This document shows positions 44,989 through 52,963 of a stretch of DNA of 64,000 nt, in pieces (the stretch's first letter is position 1; the number at the start of each line of letters is the position of its first letter). The notes beneath the pieces were generated by a model. The model did not search any database and was not told the origin of the DNA. It was given only the letters and a program-made list of their open reading frames with translations. Origin of the DNA: Candidatus Thorarchaeota archaeon (lineage in GTDB: Archaea; Asgardarchaeota; Thorarchaeia; Thorarchaeales; Thorarchaeaceae); contig CP070761.1 in the NCBI GenBank assembly GCA_020348985.1, positions 2,924,464 through 2,988,463 on the forward strand. Reading direction: 5' to 3'. A program made the position numbers and the translations under genes.

Positions 44989-45732
44989 ATGATGGAGAGT
45001 CTGCAGTCCGAGCTTTACGCGTCCATCGCCACGCTCGATCAACTGAAGAAACTGTACGACCTCGGTCTTATCGATGTTCGTTCATTCCAGAGGGAGTCAG
45101 AGGCTCTAGTAGCAGACATACGCGGCAGGATTGACGAGCTCAGACGAGGCGGCCTCGACTTTGGAAGGTTCTTGACCAGCGAACGAGTTTCAGAGGCATT
45201 TCCGGATGCAGCAGGATTTCTTGATCTCTATCTTAGAAGCTCAAACCCCTCTCTTCAGGGTCTTACTCGTGAGCAGTACTATGACCACATAGGCTTAGCA
45301 GTACTAGACGTTGCCACAGCAAATGCATCCAAAGGGCTCATGGGTCTCGCAGAGCTGATTGTCGAGGTTGTAAAACGACTTCCAGAACTCAAGACTGTGA
45401 GCTACAATGATGTGATCGAAGCGGTAAACATGGTGTCAAGTCACGGCCTCATTCCGGGAATCCGAACCTTGAAGGGTGGGGTGAAAGTTGTCGAACTAAG
45501 ACCCCTTGAGCTACGAAGAGATCAAGCGGATGTCATCAATCTAGCAGCATCAAAGGGACATACGTCTGTTGAAGAGGTCATGATAGAGCTGAAGTGGTCC
45601 GAGGATCACGCGAGACAGGTGCTTACCAGTCTAGTAGATGCGGGAATGGCTGTGGCCGATGTTAGGTTCTCAACTGGTGGAAGATACTGGTTCCCCGGTC
45701 TCAGATCAAGAGATCGTAAACAGATGCGTTAG
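44989..45732 (+). CDS. ESCRT-II Vps22/Vps36 (EAP30) protein with N-terminal Vps28-N-like domain
   Basis: YYD.IG..V..V...GL..L.EL, VS.ND...AV, P.EL..DQ..V..LA..KG, LKW....ARQVL..L...G.A..D, RYWFPGL. Confidence 0.88.
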   Translation: MMESLQSELYASIATLDQLKKLYDLGLIDVRSFQRESEALVADIRGRIDELRRGGLDFGRFLTSERVSEAFPDAAGFLDLYLRSSNPSLQGLTREQYYDHIGLAVLDVATANASKGLMGLAELIVEVVKRLPELKTVSYNDVIEAVNMVSSHGLIPGIRTLKGGVKVVELRPLELRRDQADVINLAASKGHTSVEEVMIELKWSEDHARQVLTSLVDAGMAVADVRFSTGGRYWFPGLRSRDRKQMR

Positions 45733-45736
45733 CGAA

Positions 45737-46462
45737 CTAGACTAGAATTCGAATAGCTCCCTTCTTCTTGTCAACCCATTCTGCTGCATTGTCTCGAACC
45801 ATCAATGACAAGACTTCATGCAAGTCCGCTTCAGGAAGCGTGGCAAACTCTTCCTGGGTCTCCTGTATGACCAAGGACTTGACATCAAGTCGACGGTTTC
45901 CCGTTTTTAGAGCCCATTGATACATCAGATCTGCCCATTCCTCGAGCGGGCGCCAATAAACCCGAAGCTGTTTCTGTTTCTTATCGAGCCATTCTGCAAC
46001 TTCCTTTTCGATCAGAACTTCTCCGAATAAACGGAATGCATCGATCTTCCCCAGGATGTCGCAGAAGGGGTCTTCATCAATGATCATTGAAAGAGACAGC
46101 ACATGAAGACCTTCGGATTTCATCCACTCCAAAAGGAAATCTGACCACTCCTCAGCCCATAGCCGACGCTCTTTCTCGCTCTTCGGTATGTGATACATCC
46201 ATTCAGATTCCTCTGCCGTGCCCCATTTAGGTAGAAGCACCTCTTGGACCGTAGTCTGGGTACTAGGTTCTGCTACCGACTCTTTGGCTTCGACTTCAAC
46301 GTGGCTTACTTCTGCTGTCTGCAGAATCTCTTCGTGGGCATCAGACTCTACAGTGACAGGTGTATGGGGCGACTCTGCAATTGAGGAGCTTTCACTTTGG
46401 TCTACTACCTTCTCAGCTTCCTTTTCCTTCTTCTTCTCTCTTCTGCGCTCTCTTACACCCAA
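45737..46462 (-). CDS. vps25: ESCRT-II subunit Vps25
   Basis: W..FLL.W, PF, AEWLDK......VYWRPLEEWA..MYQWA, EF..L....L...L..M.....AE; disordered N-terminal extension; TTG start. Confidence 0.88.
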   Translation of the reverse strand: MGVRERRREKKKEKEAEKVVDQSESSSIAESPHTPVTVESDAHEEILQTAEVSHVEVEAKESVAEPSTQTTVQEVLLPKWGTAEESEWMYHIPKSEKERRLWAEEWSDFLLEWMKSEGLHVLSLSMIIDEDPFCDILGKIDAFRLFGEVLIEKEVAEWLDKKQKQLRVYWRPLEEWADLMYQWALKTGNRRLDVKSLVIQETQEEFATLPEADLHEVLSLMVRDNAAEWVDKKKGAIRILV

Positions 46463-46465
46463 CCC

Positions 46466-47695
46466 TCAGGAACCCTCCGCCCAGTCCATATATCTGCCAA
46501 CATCCTCTGGTGACGTCGCTGGTCTAATGTTGTCAATTGCTTTTACGAAGTCAGAACGTGTGACTGGTCTTAGATCAGTTATCATATCTTCCGTGTCAAT
46601 GCGCCCTGTTCGCTGAAGGTCTCTTATTGCCTCCATAGCAGCTTCTCTACAGACTACGCTTATGTCTCTCCCACTGTATCCCTCACTGAGGTCAGCAAGT
46701 TCATCGTAGTCTACATCACTTGCCACATCTATCTCTTCCATATGGATTCGGAAGATTTCGACTCTCGCTGTCTTGTCGGGCAGGGGGACGTGAATCTTCT
46801 TCTCGAATCGGGACCGCAGCGCGAAATCAAGTTCCCAAGGCAAGTTGGTGGCACCGATTAGAGTTATTCTGTCATCTTCAGATGATCCAAGACCCTCAAG
46901 CTCCGTCAGTAATTGGGTCTTGAGTCTTCGCTCACCACCGACATCCTCACCAGACCTGGCCACACCCACAGAGTCTAGCTCATCAATGAAGATGATGGAG
47001 GGCTGGTTCTTCCTGGCCTCGCTGAAAAGCGTGCTCACGAGCTTCTCTGACTCACCAAGCCACTTGCTCACAATGTTCGCTGCAGATACGCTGAAGAAAG
47101 TCGCGTCAACCTCTCCTGCTACTGCTTTGGCAACTAGGGTCTTTCCACAACCTGCTGGTCCGTAGAGGAGAATCCCCTTCCACGGCTGCCTAGCTTTTCC
47201 CTTGAACAGTTCTGGATGCTTGAGCGGAGCCGCAATGGCTTCGTAGACTGCTTGTTTTGCCTCTTCCAAACCTGCTACATCATCCATGCGTACAGTGGGC
47301 CTTTCTGTAAGAATCGTGTCCGTAATAGTCTCATGCAGTCTCAGGCTCTCCTCGTCCGCCTCCGACTCATTGGCGCGACTATCCATTGGCTGTGTGGAGC
47401 TAGGTGTATCGCTTATTGGACTTGGCGGCACTCTCAGACCATCACGAGGTTTTCCGGTCTTCTTCTTAATGCCAGACAGGTATCGGACTCTATCAACGCA
47501 CTCTTGTGCCCTGTCGAAGTAGAATTTTCGCACAGCCGGCAATGAGGCCGACTTCGATAATTTGATCAGAACTTTGCTTGCAGTAAGGTAATGCTGACAA
47601 GCCTCTTTTCTTCGGCCGCGTCGATCTAGGTCGACCGCCTTGTCCAGCAGCTTCTTGAGACCAGCATCTACCCTGTCGTTGCCTGCACCTGCCAT
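46466..47695 (-). CDS. vps4: Vps4-like AAA ATPase with N-terminal MIT domain
   Basis: MIT (KAVDLD..G...EA...Y), DVAGLEEAK, WKGILLYGPAGCGKT, SKWLGESEKLV, IFIDELD, ATNLPWELD. Confidence 0.93.
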   Translation of the reverse strand: MAGAGNDRVDAGLKKLLDKAVDLDRRGRRKEACQHYLTASKVLIKLSKSASLPAVRKFYFDRAQECVDRVRYLSGIKKKTGKPRDGLRVPPSPISDTPSSTQPMDSRANESEADEESLRLHETITDTILTERPTVRMDDVAGLEEAKQAVYEAIAAPLKHPELFKGKARQPWKGILLYGPAGCGKTLVAKAVAGEVDATFFSVSAANIVSKWLGESEKLVSTLFSEARKNQPSIIFIDELDSVGVARSGEDVGGERRLKTQLLTELEGLGSSEDDRITLIGATNLPWELDFALRSRFEKKIHVPLPDKTARVEIFRIHMEEIDVASDVDYDELADLSEGYSGRDISVVCREAAMEAIRDLQRTGRIDTEDMITDLRPVTRSDFVKAIDNIRPATSPEDVGRYMDWAEGS

Positions 47696-47898
47696 TCGAG
47701 TTCGATTGTCCCAAAGAGCTGTTTCGTTATGAATGTCTGTGTTGTAGGATTATGACCACTAGGTGGAGCGCTAGACCGGACAACTGTCTTACTCCGCATA
47801 AATACACAATAACGGATGACTGCGAAAGTGCTGCGAAGGTTTAAACGCACACTTCTTCACATCACTCAAGAACGAGTCTTTCCAAACCGGTGATTCAG

Positions 47899-48510
47899 TT
47901 GGGCATTTTCAAGAGAGCCTTTTCATGGGGCCGTAAGAAACCAGACATTGGAGAAATCAAGAGTCAACTTAGAATACTCTCCAAGCAACTCGAACGCCAG
48001 CGAGGGAAGCTTGAGAAAGAGGTTCGAGACACCAAGTCCCGGGCGGTTCAGGCCCGAAAGGACGGCCATTCTGAAGCATTTCAGACATACGCAACAGAGA
48101 TGGTCCGATTTCGTAGATATGCCTTAGCAGTGGACAAGTCTCGTCTGAACATTTTGAAGATACTCGCCCATGTAACACGAGCTCAGACTACTGCGAAAGC
48201 GTCAATGGCAATGGAAGAAGTGTCCAAGATTCTGAGCATCCTTGGTGATGCTACAGACACAACAAAAGTCATCGAGAACGTAGATGATATTGCACGTAGG
48301 CTAGAGGAGTTTGAGATTGAAAGTGGGATCACTGCCGACGCATTCGACTCAGTGTCGACTGAAGTGTCAGCAGATGATGTAGCCGCTGCAATTAGAGAGA
48401 TTGATGCTGCTGCTGGAATTGCAGAGTCCGACGTACCTGTCCGCCCTACCACTGAGGCAGAAGAACTCGAGGAAGCAATCAAATCACTTGAACGTGAGCT
48501 TGGTGTCTAG
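47899..48510 (+). CDS. ESCRT-III (Snf7 family), Vps2/24/46-like class
   Basis: N-terminal amphipathic GIFKRAFSW, basic helical hairpin L....KQLERQ..KLEKE...K.....A.K.G......YA...VR, acidic C-half, MIM1-like ELEEAIKSLERE; TTG 47899 after GGTGA (alternative GTG 47890). Confidence 0.9.
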   Translation: MGIFKRAFSWGRKKPDIGEIKSQLRILSKQLERQRGKLEKEVRDTKSRAVQARKDGHSEAFQTYATEMVRFRRYALAVDKSRLNILKILAHVTRAQTTAKASMAMEEVSKILSILGDATDTTKVIENVDDIARRLEEFEIESGITADAFDSVSTEVSADDVAAAIREIDAAAGIAESDVPVRPTTEAEELEEAIKSLERELGV

Positions 48511-50076
48511 TTACCAGCGAGATCGATGACCGTTACGGGATAATCTTGAGATTTCCTCTCTTGTTTGATATGAGTCTCGCATTAGTCCACGGTATCGTCG
48601 GATGAAGTCTTCTGGTTCGAGTCGTCCATTCCTCAGAAGATGTACAGTCTCTTTGATTGCACTGTCAAGTGCAGACATGTTCTTTCTGAGGACACTGACC
48701 TCAGGACTTCCAGGTTCAGTGTAAGTCTGATAAGTTCCTGCCGCCACTCGGTCTACCGTTCGCTCTAGTCGATCACGAAAGCCTGGAGTCCAAGGATCTC
48801 TTCGGTCTTGACTCTGTTCGTATCGATAGTCAGGTCTGGCTCCATAAGTGGGCGGCTGCGAGTAATAATGCGGACTACCCTGCTGGAGTGCAGGGCTGTG
48901 CGAAAGCAATGAATACACAAGGCCCTCAATCTTGAGCCTTACTTCGCTGACCGAGATTTCGCTCTGCTCGAGCTTCCTGACACGCTTGAGATCGGATTGG
49001 ACATATCTCTCGAATCTTCTAGCAATCTCTATGAAGTCTGGAAGTACCTTCTTGGTCTGTTCGCTGCATGATATCTTGATACAACCCTGCTTCAGGGTTA
49101 GAACCAGTCTCTTTCTCAGCCTACCATCTTCTTGAAGGCTCTTCAAGTAGATAAGTGGGAAGTCAAACACAATCTCCGTCTTCTTGCGAACACGCCCGGT
49201 CTCAGCAATGAACACAATCCTTGTATTGGTGATATAGAGTGTCCCCTCTGCTCTGTCGTTTTTGAGGAAATCGCTGCCAACAATTCGAATAGACGGCAAT
49301 GCACAGACTGGAAGCTCGCCCACAGATAGCTCCGCGATTTCATAGAATCCTGAGAACTCATTTCGGTAATAGTTCAATCCCTCAAGTTGTCTCTCCAAAT
49401 CCTTGAGACTCAACCAAATCGGCTCAAGTGCCTCCTCCACGTTTCTCCTGTATTGATTGCTCAACTCGGTGATGCGATTTGTGACTCCCTCGATGAATGG
49501 AAACTGTGCACATGTCCATGAATTATAGTCTATGAGGCCTTTAGTTTCGGCAACCATCCTCTTTGCTACTATCTCTGCCTGATTTGCAACTCGGCTCTTG
49601 ACAGCCTCAATCTCGTTTTGACATTCCTCTACTCTATCTTCAAGCCACCTGTAGTGAAGGAAGTTCGCCATTCTGAGTGAAACGAGTAGGCGTTTGGAGC
49701 TTGTCAGCCGATTATTCGCTTCCCTAAGTCTCGTGTGACCGTATTGTATTCCCATTACTGCATGACGCATTTCTTGAGCCAGTTGCCTCCTTCTCTCTTC
49801 GATGAGAACGGTTCTTCTCGAATGACACTTTGGACACATCTCTTCTGTTCTCTTCCCCGCGCTTAGCTTCTCTGATTCACACTCAGGGCACTCTTCAAAT
49901 CGTTCCCCCGGAGTTGGTGTGCCCAGCATGTGATGACAGTCACTACACACGTAGTAAACACTTGATCGTGATTCGAGGCACTCCAGACATAACGTCACAC
50001 CACAATCTTCGCACATGTGAGTTGCGCGATTGCGGTCACACATCTTACAAGCAGGGATAGAAGGCGGCTCAATCAT
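48511..50076 (-). CDS. B-box/Zn-ribbon + coiled coil + GLUE/GRAM-like PH + steadiness box (ESCRT-I-like subunit)
   Basis: Six CxxC pairs; long coiled coil; GTLYITNTRIVF; C-terminal ALDSAI......LRNG.L....F....R.L.R..YQ.R. Confidence 0.72.
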   Translation of the reverse strand: MIEPPSIPACKMCDRNRATHMCEDCGVTLCLECLESRSSVYYVCSDCHHMLGTPTPGERFEECPECESEKLSAGKRTEEMCPKCHSRRTVLIEERRRQLAQEMRHAVMGIQYGHTRLREANNRLTSSKRLLVSLRMANFLHYRWLEDRVEECQNEIEAVKSRVANQAEIVAKRMVAETKGLIDYNSWTCAQFPFIEGVTNRITELSNQYRRNVEEALEPIWLSLKDLERQLEGLNYYRNEFSGFYEIAELSVGELPVCALPSIRIVGSDFLKNDRAEGTLYITNTRIVFIAETGRVRKKTEIVFDFPLIYLKSLQEDGRLRKRLVLTLKQGCIKISCSEQTKKVLPDFIEIARRFERYVQSDLKRVRKLEQSEISVSEVRLKIEGLVYSLLSHSPALQQGSPHYYSQPPTYGARPDYRYEQSQDRRDPWTPGFRDRLERTVDRVAAGTYQTYTEPGSPEVSVLRKNMSALDSAIKETVHLLRNGRLEPEDFIRRYRGLMRDSYQTREEISRLSRNGHRSRW

Positions 50077-50225
50077 ACGTATGCCTCACAGTGCAGCTGC
50101 TAAGTCAGAAAGCCATGTTATCGCAGAAAGACCCGTGTATTACGCGGGTAGTAGAGCCATGATTGTCGTTTCCATACGAGTTATATTTCGATAAAGTCCG
50201 ATGCTCACACTGTAGGTCGATATGA

Positions 50226-51611
50226 ATGGAAGATTTAGCACAGGCCGCAATTGAGGCCACACTTGGTGCAGGTGCAAATTTCGCAGATGTGAGAATCGAG
50301 AACACGAAGACAACAATTATTGAGATTAGCGACGGTGTTACCAAACGGTCAATGGCTTCCTTCCTCAAAGGTGCAGGTCTCCGCGCTTTCGTGGACGGGG
50401 CTTGGGCATTCGCTCAGACAACCAATCTAACTCCTTCAGGAATGAAGGAAACGGGTGACTCAGTAGCGAGACTAGCGTTGGCGACGCGGGAACAAGTAAC
50501 CGAGAAGTTTGAGATCGATGGTCCTACGTTCAAAGATCGTGTGAAGATCAAAGTACAGAAGCCTTTCGCAGACATTTCGGTAGAAGAAAAGATAGGCTAC
50601 GTCAAGATGATAGACGATCAAGCTCGAGACTTCGATAAACGAATCTTCAACACTAGAACAATCTATGGCGACCTCTGGACAGAGCTCCACATTGCTAACT
50701 CGCTTGGAACATCAGTGTGGGAAGAATACTCGCTGCCCCGTATCATTTCTTCCACAACTGCAAAGGAGGGCACAAGCAGACAACGTGGTTTCCGCTCCAT
50801 AGGGACAAATGGTGGCTTTGAGGAATTCGAGACCAAAGCCGCGCAAAGCATTGGAGAAGAATCCGCCAGACTTGTCATCGACCTGCTGTCCTCAGTTGCT
50901 GCAAAAGGCGACACATACGATGTCATCATGGATCCAATTCTCAACGGTGTAATGGTGCACGAAGCGTTTGGCCATGCTAGTGAGGCCGACAATTGGCCTG
51001 CACATGCTACGGTTTTGGAGGACAAGGTAGGCGAGGAAGTGGGCCCCGAACACCTTAGTCTGAGTGATGATCCCACTCTTGAAGGAAGGCGTGGAACATT
51101 TTCCTACGACTGGGAGGGGACCAAGGCAACCAAACGGGAGCTTGTGAAGGATGGTATTCTGACGGAGTTACTGCATAGTCTGGAGACCTCATCGCGACTT
51201 GACATGGCTCCAAACGGCTCTGCACGAAGTCAATCATTCATGCATCCTCCGCTGCCCAGAATGAGCAATACTCACATGGAACCGCGCGACTGGAGTCTGG
51301 AGGAGCTTTTCCAAGATACGAAGGAAGGCATTCTCTTGTGTGGGTTCAACTACGGTTACACTGAACCCTCTAAGGGTCAATTCATGTTCCAAGCGAACTA
51401 TGGATATCTAATCGAGAAAGGAGAGAAGACCCAAATGGTCCGAGATGTCTCCTTGGCAGGTCAGATACTTGAGGTTCTCCCCAAGATAGATGCCATCGGG
51501 AAGGGCTTCGAAATGGATGCGGGAACCTGTGGCAAATCAGGACAGGGAGTTCCAGTTATGTCTGGTGGACCACATGCAAGGATACGATCCATGCCAGTAG
51601 GAGGCCTCTGA
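50226..51611 (+). CDS. tldD: TldD metalloprotease
   Basis: FADVR.E, G.G.R....G.W.FA, HEAFGH..EAD, DDPT, D.EG, PRMSNT, CGKSGQ.VPV..GGP. Confidence 0.95.
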   Translation: MEDLAQAAIEATLGAGANFADVRIENTKTTIIEISDGVTKRSMASFLKGAGLRAFVDGAWAFAQTTNLTPSGMKETGDSVARLALATREQVTEKFEIDGPTFKDRVKIKVQKPFADISVEEKIGYVKMIDDQARDFDKRIFNTRTIYGDLWTELHIANSLGTSVWEEYSLPRIISSTTAKEGTSRQRGFRSIGTNGGFEEFETKAAQSIGEESARLVIDLLSSVAAKGDTYDVIMDPILNGVMVHEAFGHASEADNWPAHATVLEDKVGEEVGPEHLSLSDDPTLEGRRGTFSYDWEGTKATKRELVKDGILTELLHSLETSSRLDMAPNGSARSQSFMHPPLPRMSNTHMEPRDWSLEELFQDTKEGILLCGFNYGYTEPSKGQFMFQANYGYLIEKGEKTQMVRDVSLAGQILEVLPKIDAIGKGFEMDAGTCGKSGQGVPVMSGGPHARIRSMPVGGL

Positions 51612-51612
51612 C

Positions 51613-52962
51613 ATGAGTGATACTCTTCTCGTAATAGCTGCAAAGGCAGTGAAGTTGGCAGAAAAGTTGGGTGCAAGCCAAGCAGAGGCCTACGTGGCGC
51701 AATCCAGGTCGTTTGCAATCGATGTAGAGAATAGCGCGATAAAGAGTGCAAGTGAGAAGCGGGACGCCGGACTCGGAATTCGATCAGTTGTGGATAAGAG
51801 GATTGGATTTGCCTACGTTACTACAATCGAAGAGAAAGACATTCCCAACGTCGCTGAACAGTCTGTGAGTCTGGCAAAAGCATCAATCCCGGATCCTGAC
51901 TTCGTTTCGTTTCCTGAAGCCAGCAAGTCATATCCACGAATCAAGGACATGACGGATTCTGAGATCGCTAACCTTAGCTCAGAAGATGCAGCAAGTCTAG
52001 TAGTTAGAACTGTAGAAGCAACAACGGAGGCACTTGGAGAGATTCAGGCTGCCATCGAGGCACAACTCTCGGCCAATTCTGGTCGCAGGGCCATTGCTAA
52101 CTCACTTGGTGTCGAAGGAACATTCGAATCAACTTCGAGCTTCCTTTACAGTTATCCGACCATTAAGACTGAAGATGATCAGACATCATCATTTGAATAC
52201 CAGATATCCCGCAAGCTCAATGAGATAGATCCCGAATGGATTGGCGTGGGTGCGGCTAAGAATACTCTCGCTTCTCTTGGAGGGCGAACAATAGACCCTG
52301 GCGAAATGCCCGTAATTCTCAGTCCACTAGCTGTGGGTACTGTTCTGGGAAATGGGTTCGCGGGCGCGGTAAATGCTGAAGAGGTCCAGTATGGTCGGTC
52401 ATACATATCCGATGCATTCGGCGAAGAAATCGCGTCAGAGGAACTAGAAATCATTGATGATTCTCTTCTGCGTGCAGGTCTTGGATCACGCCCCTTTGAT
52501 GCAGAAGGATACCCATCCAGCACAACTGAGGTCCTGTCCAAAGGTATTCTCAAGAACCTTCTTCACAATTCGTATACTGCAAACAAAGACGGTGTGGAGA
52601 ATACCGGGAATGCCAGTCGACCATCCTACGCTGGAATCCCCTCTATTGCTCCGTCCAATTTTGTGATTACTCCTGGCAGTGGGACCTTAGACGACTTGAT
52701 TTCAGAAGTCAGGAAGGGAGTTCTTGTAAGAAACACATACGATCGTCCAAACATGACAACTGGTGACCTAAGTGCAATGGTGGCTGAGGGGCACTACATT
52801 GAGAATGGAGAGGTTTGCTGTCCCGTCAGAAGTACTCTTGTCGGTATCAATATGCGCGAGCTCCTCAAGCGTATTCTCCGCATCGGTGATGACACTAGAG
52901 TGACTACGAGTGTGGTGTCACCATCCATAGTTATTGAGAGTGCGAAAATCACATCTGGATGA
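51613..52962 (+). CDS. pmbA: TldE/PmbA protein
   Basis: GLGIR...DKR.GFA, SRPFDAEG, NTGNA.R, TGD.S; no HExxxH motif. Confidence 0.93.
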   Translation: MSDTLLVIAAKAVKLAEKLGASQAEAYVAQSRSFAIDVENSAIKSASEKRDAGLGIRSVVDKRIGFAYVTTIEEKDIPNVAEQSVSLAKASIPDPDFVSFPEASKSYPRIKDMTDSEIANLSSEDAASLVVRTVEATTEALGEIQAAIEAQLSANSGRRAIANSLGVEGTFESTSSFLYSYPTIKTEDDQTSSFEYQISRKLNEIDPEWIGVGAAKNTLASLGGRTIDPGEMPVILSPLAVGTVLGNGFAGAVNAEEVQYGRSYISDAFGEEIASEELEIIDDSLLRAGLGSRPFDAEGYPSSTTEVLSKGILKNLLHNSYTANKDGVENTGNASRPSYAGIPSIAPSNFVITPGSGTLDDLISEVRKGVLVRNTYDRPNMTTGDLSAMVAEGHYIENGEVCCPVRSTLVGINMRELLKRILRIGDDTRVTTSVVSPSIVIESAKITSG

Positions 52963-52963
52963 C

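Noticed and set aside
50226-52962. TldD/E as part of the ESCRT system or a RiPP cluster
   Set aside because: Common housekeeping pair; no precursor peptide or YcaO gene; adjacency alone is insufficient
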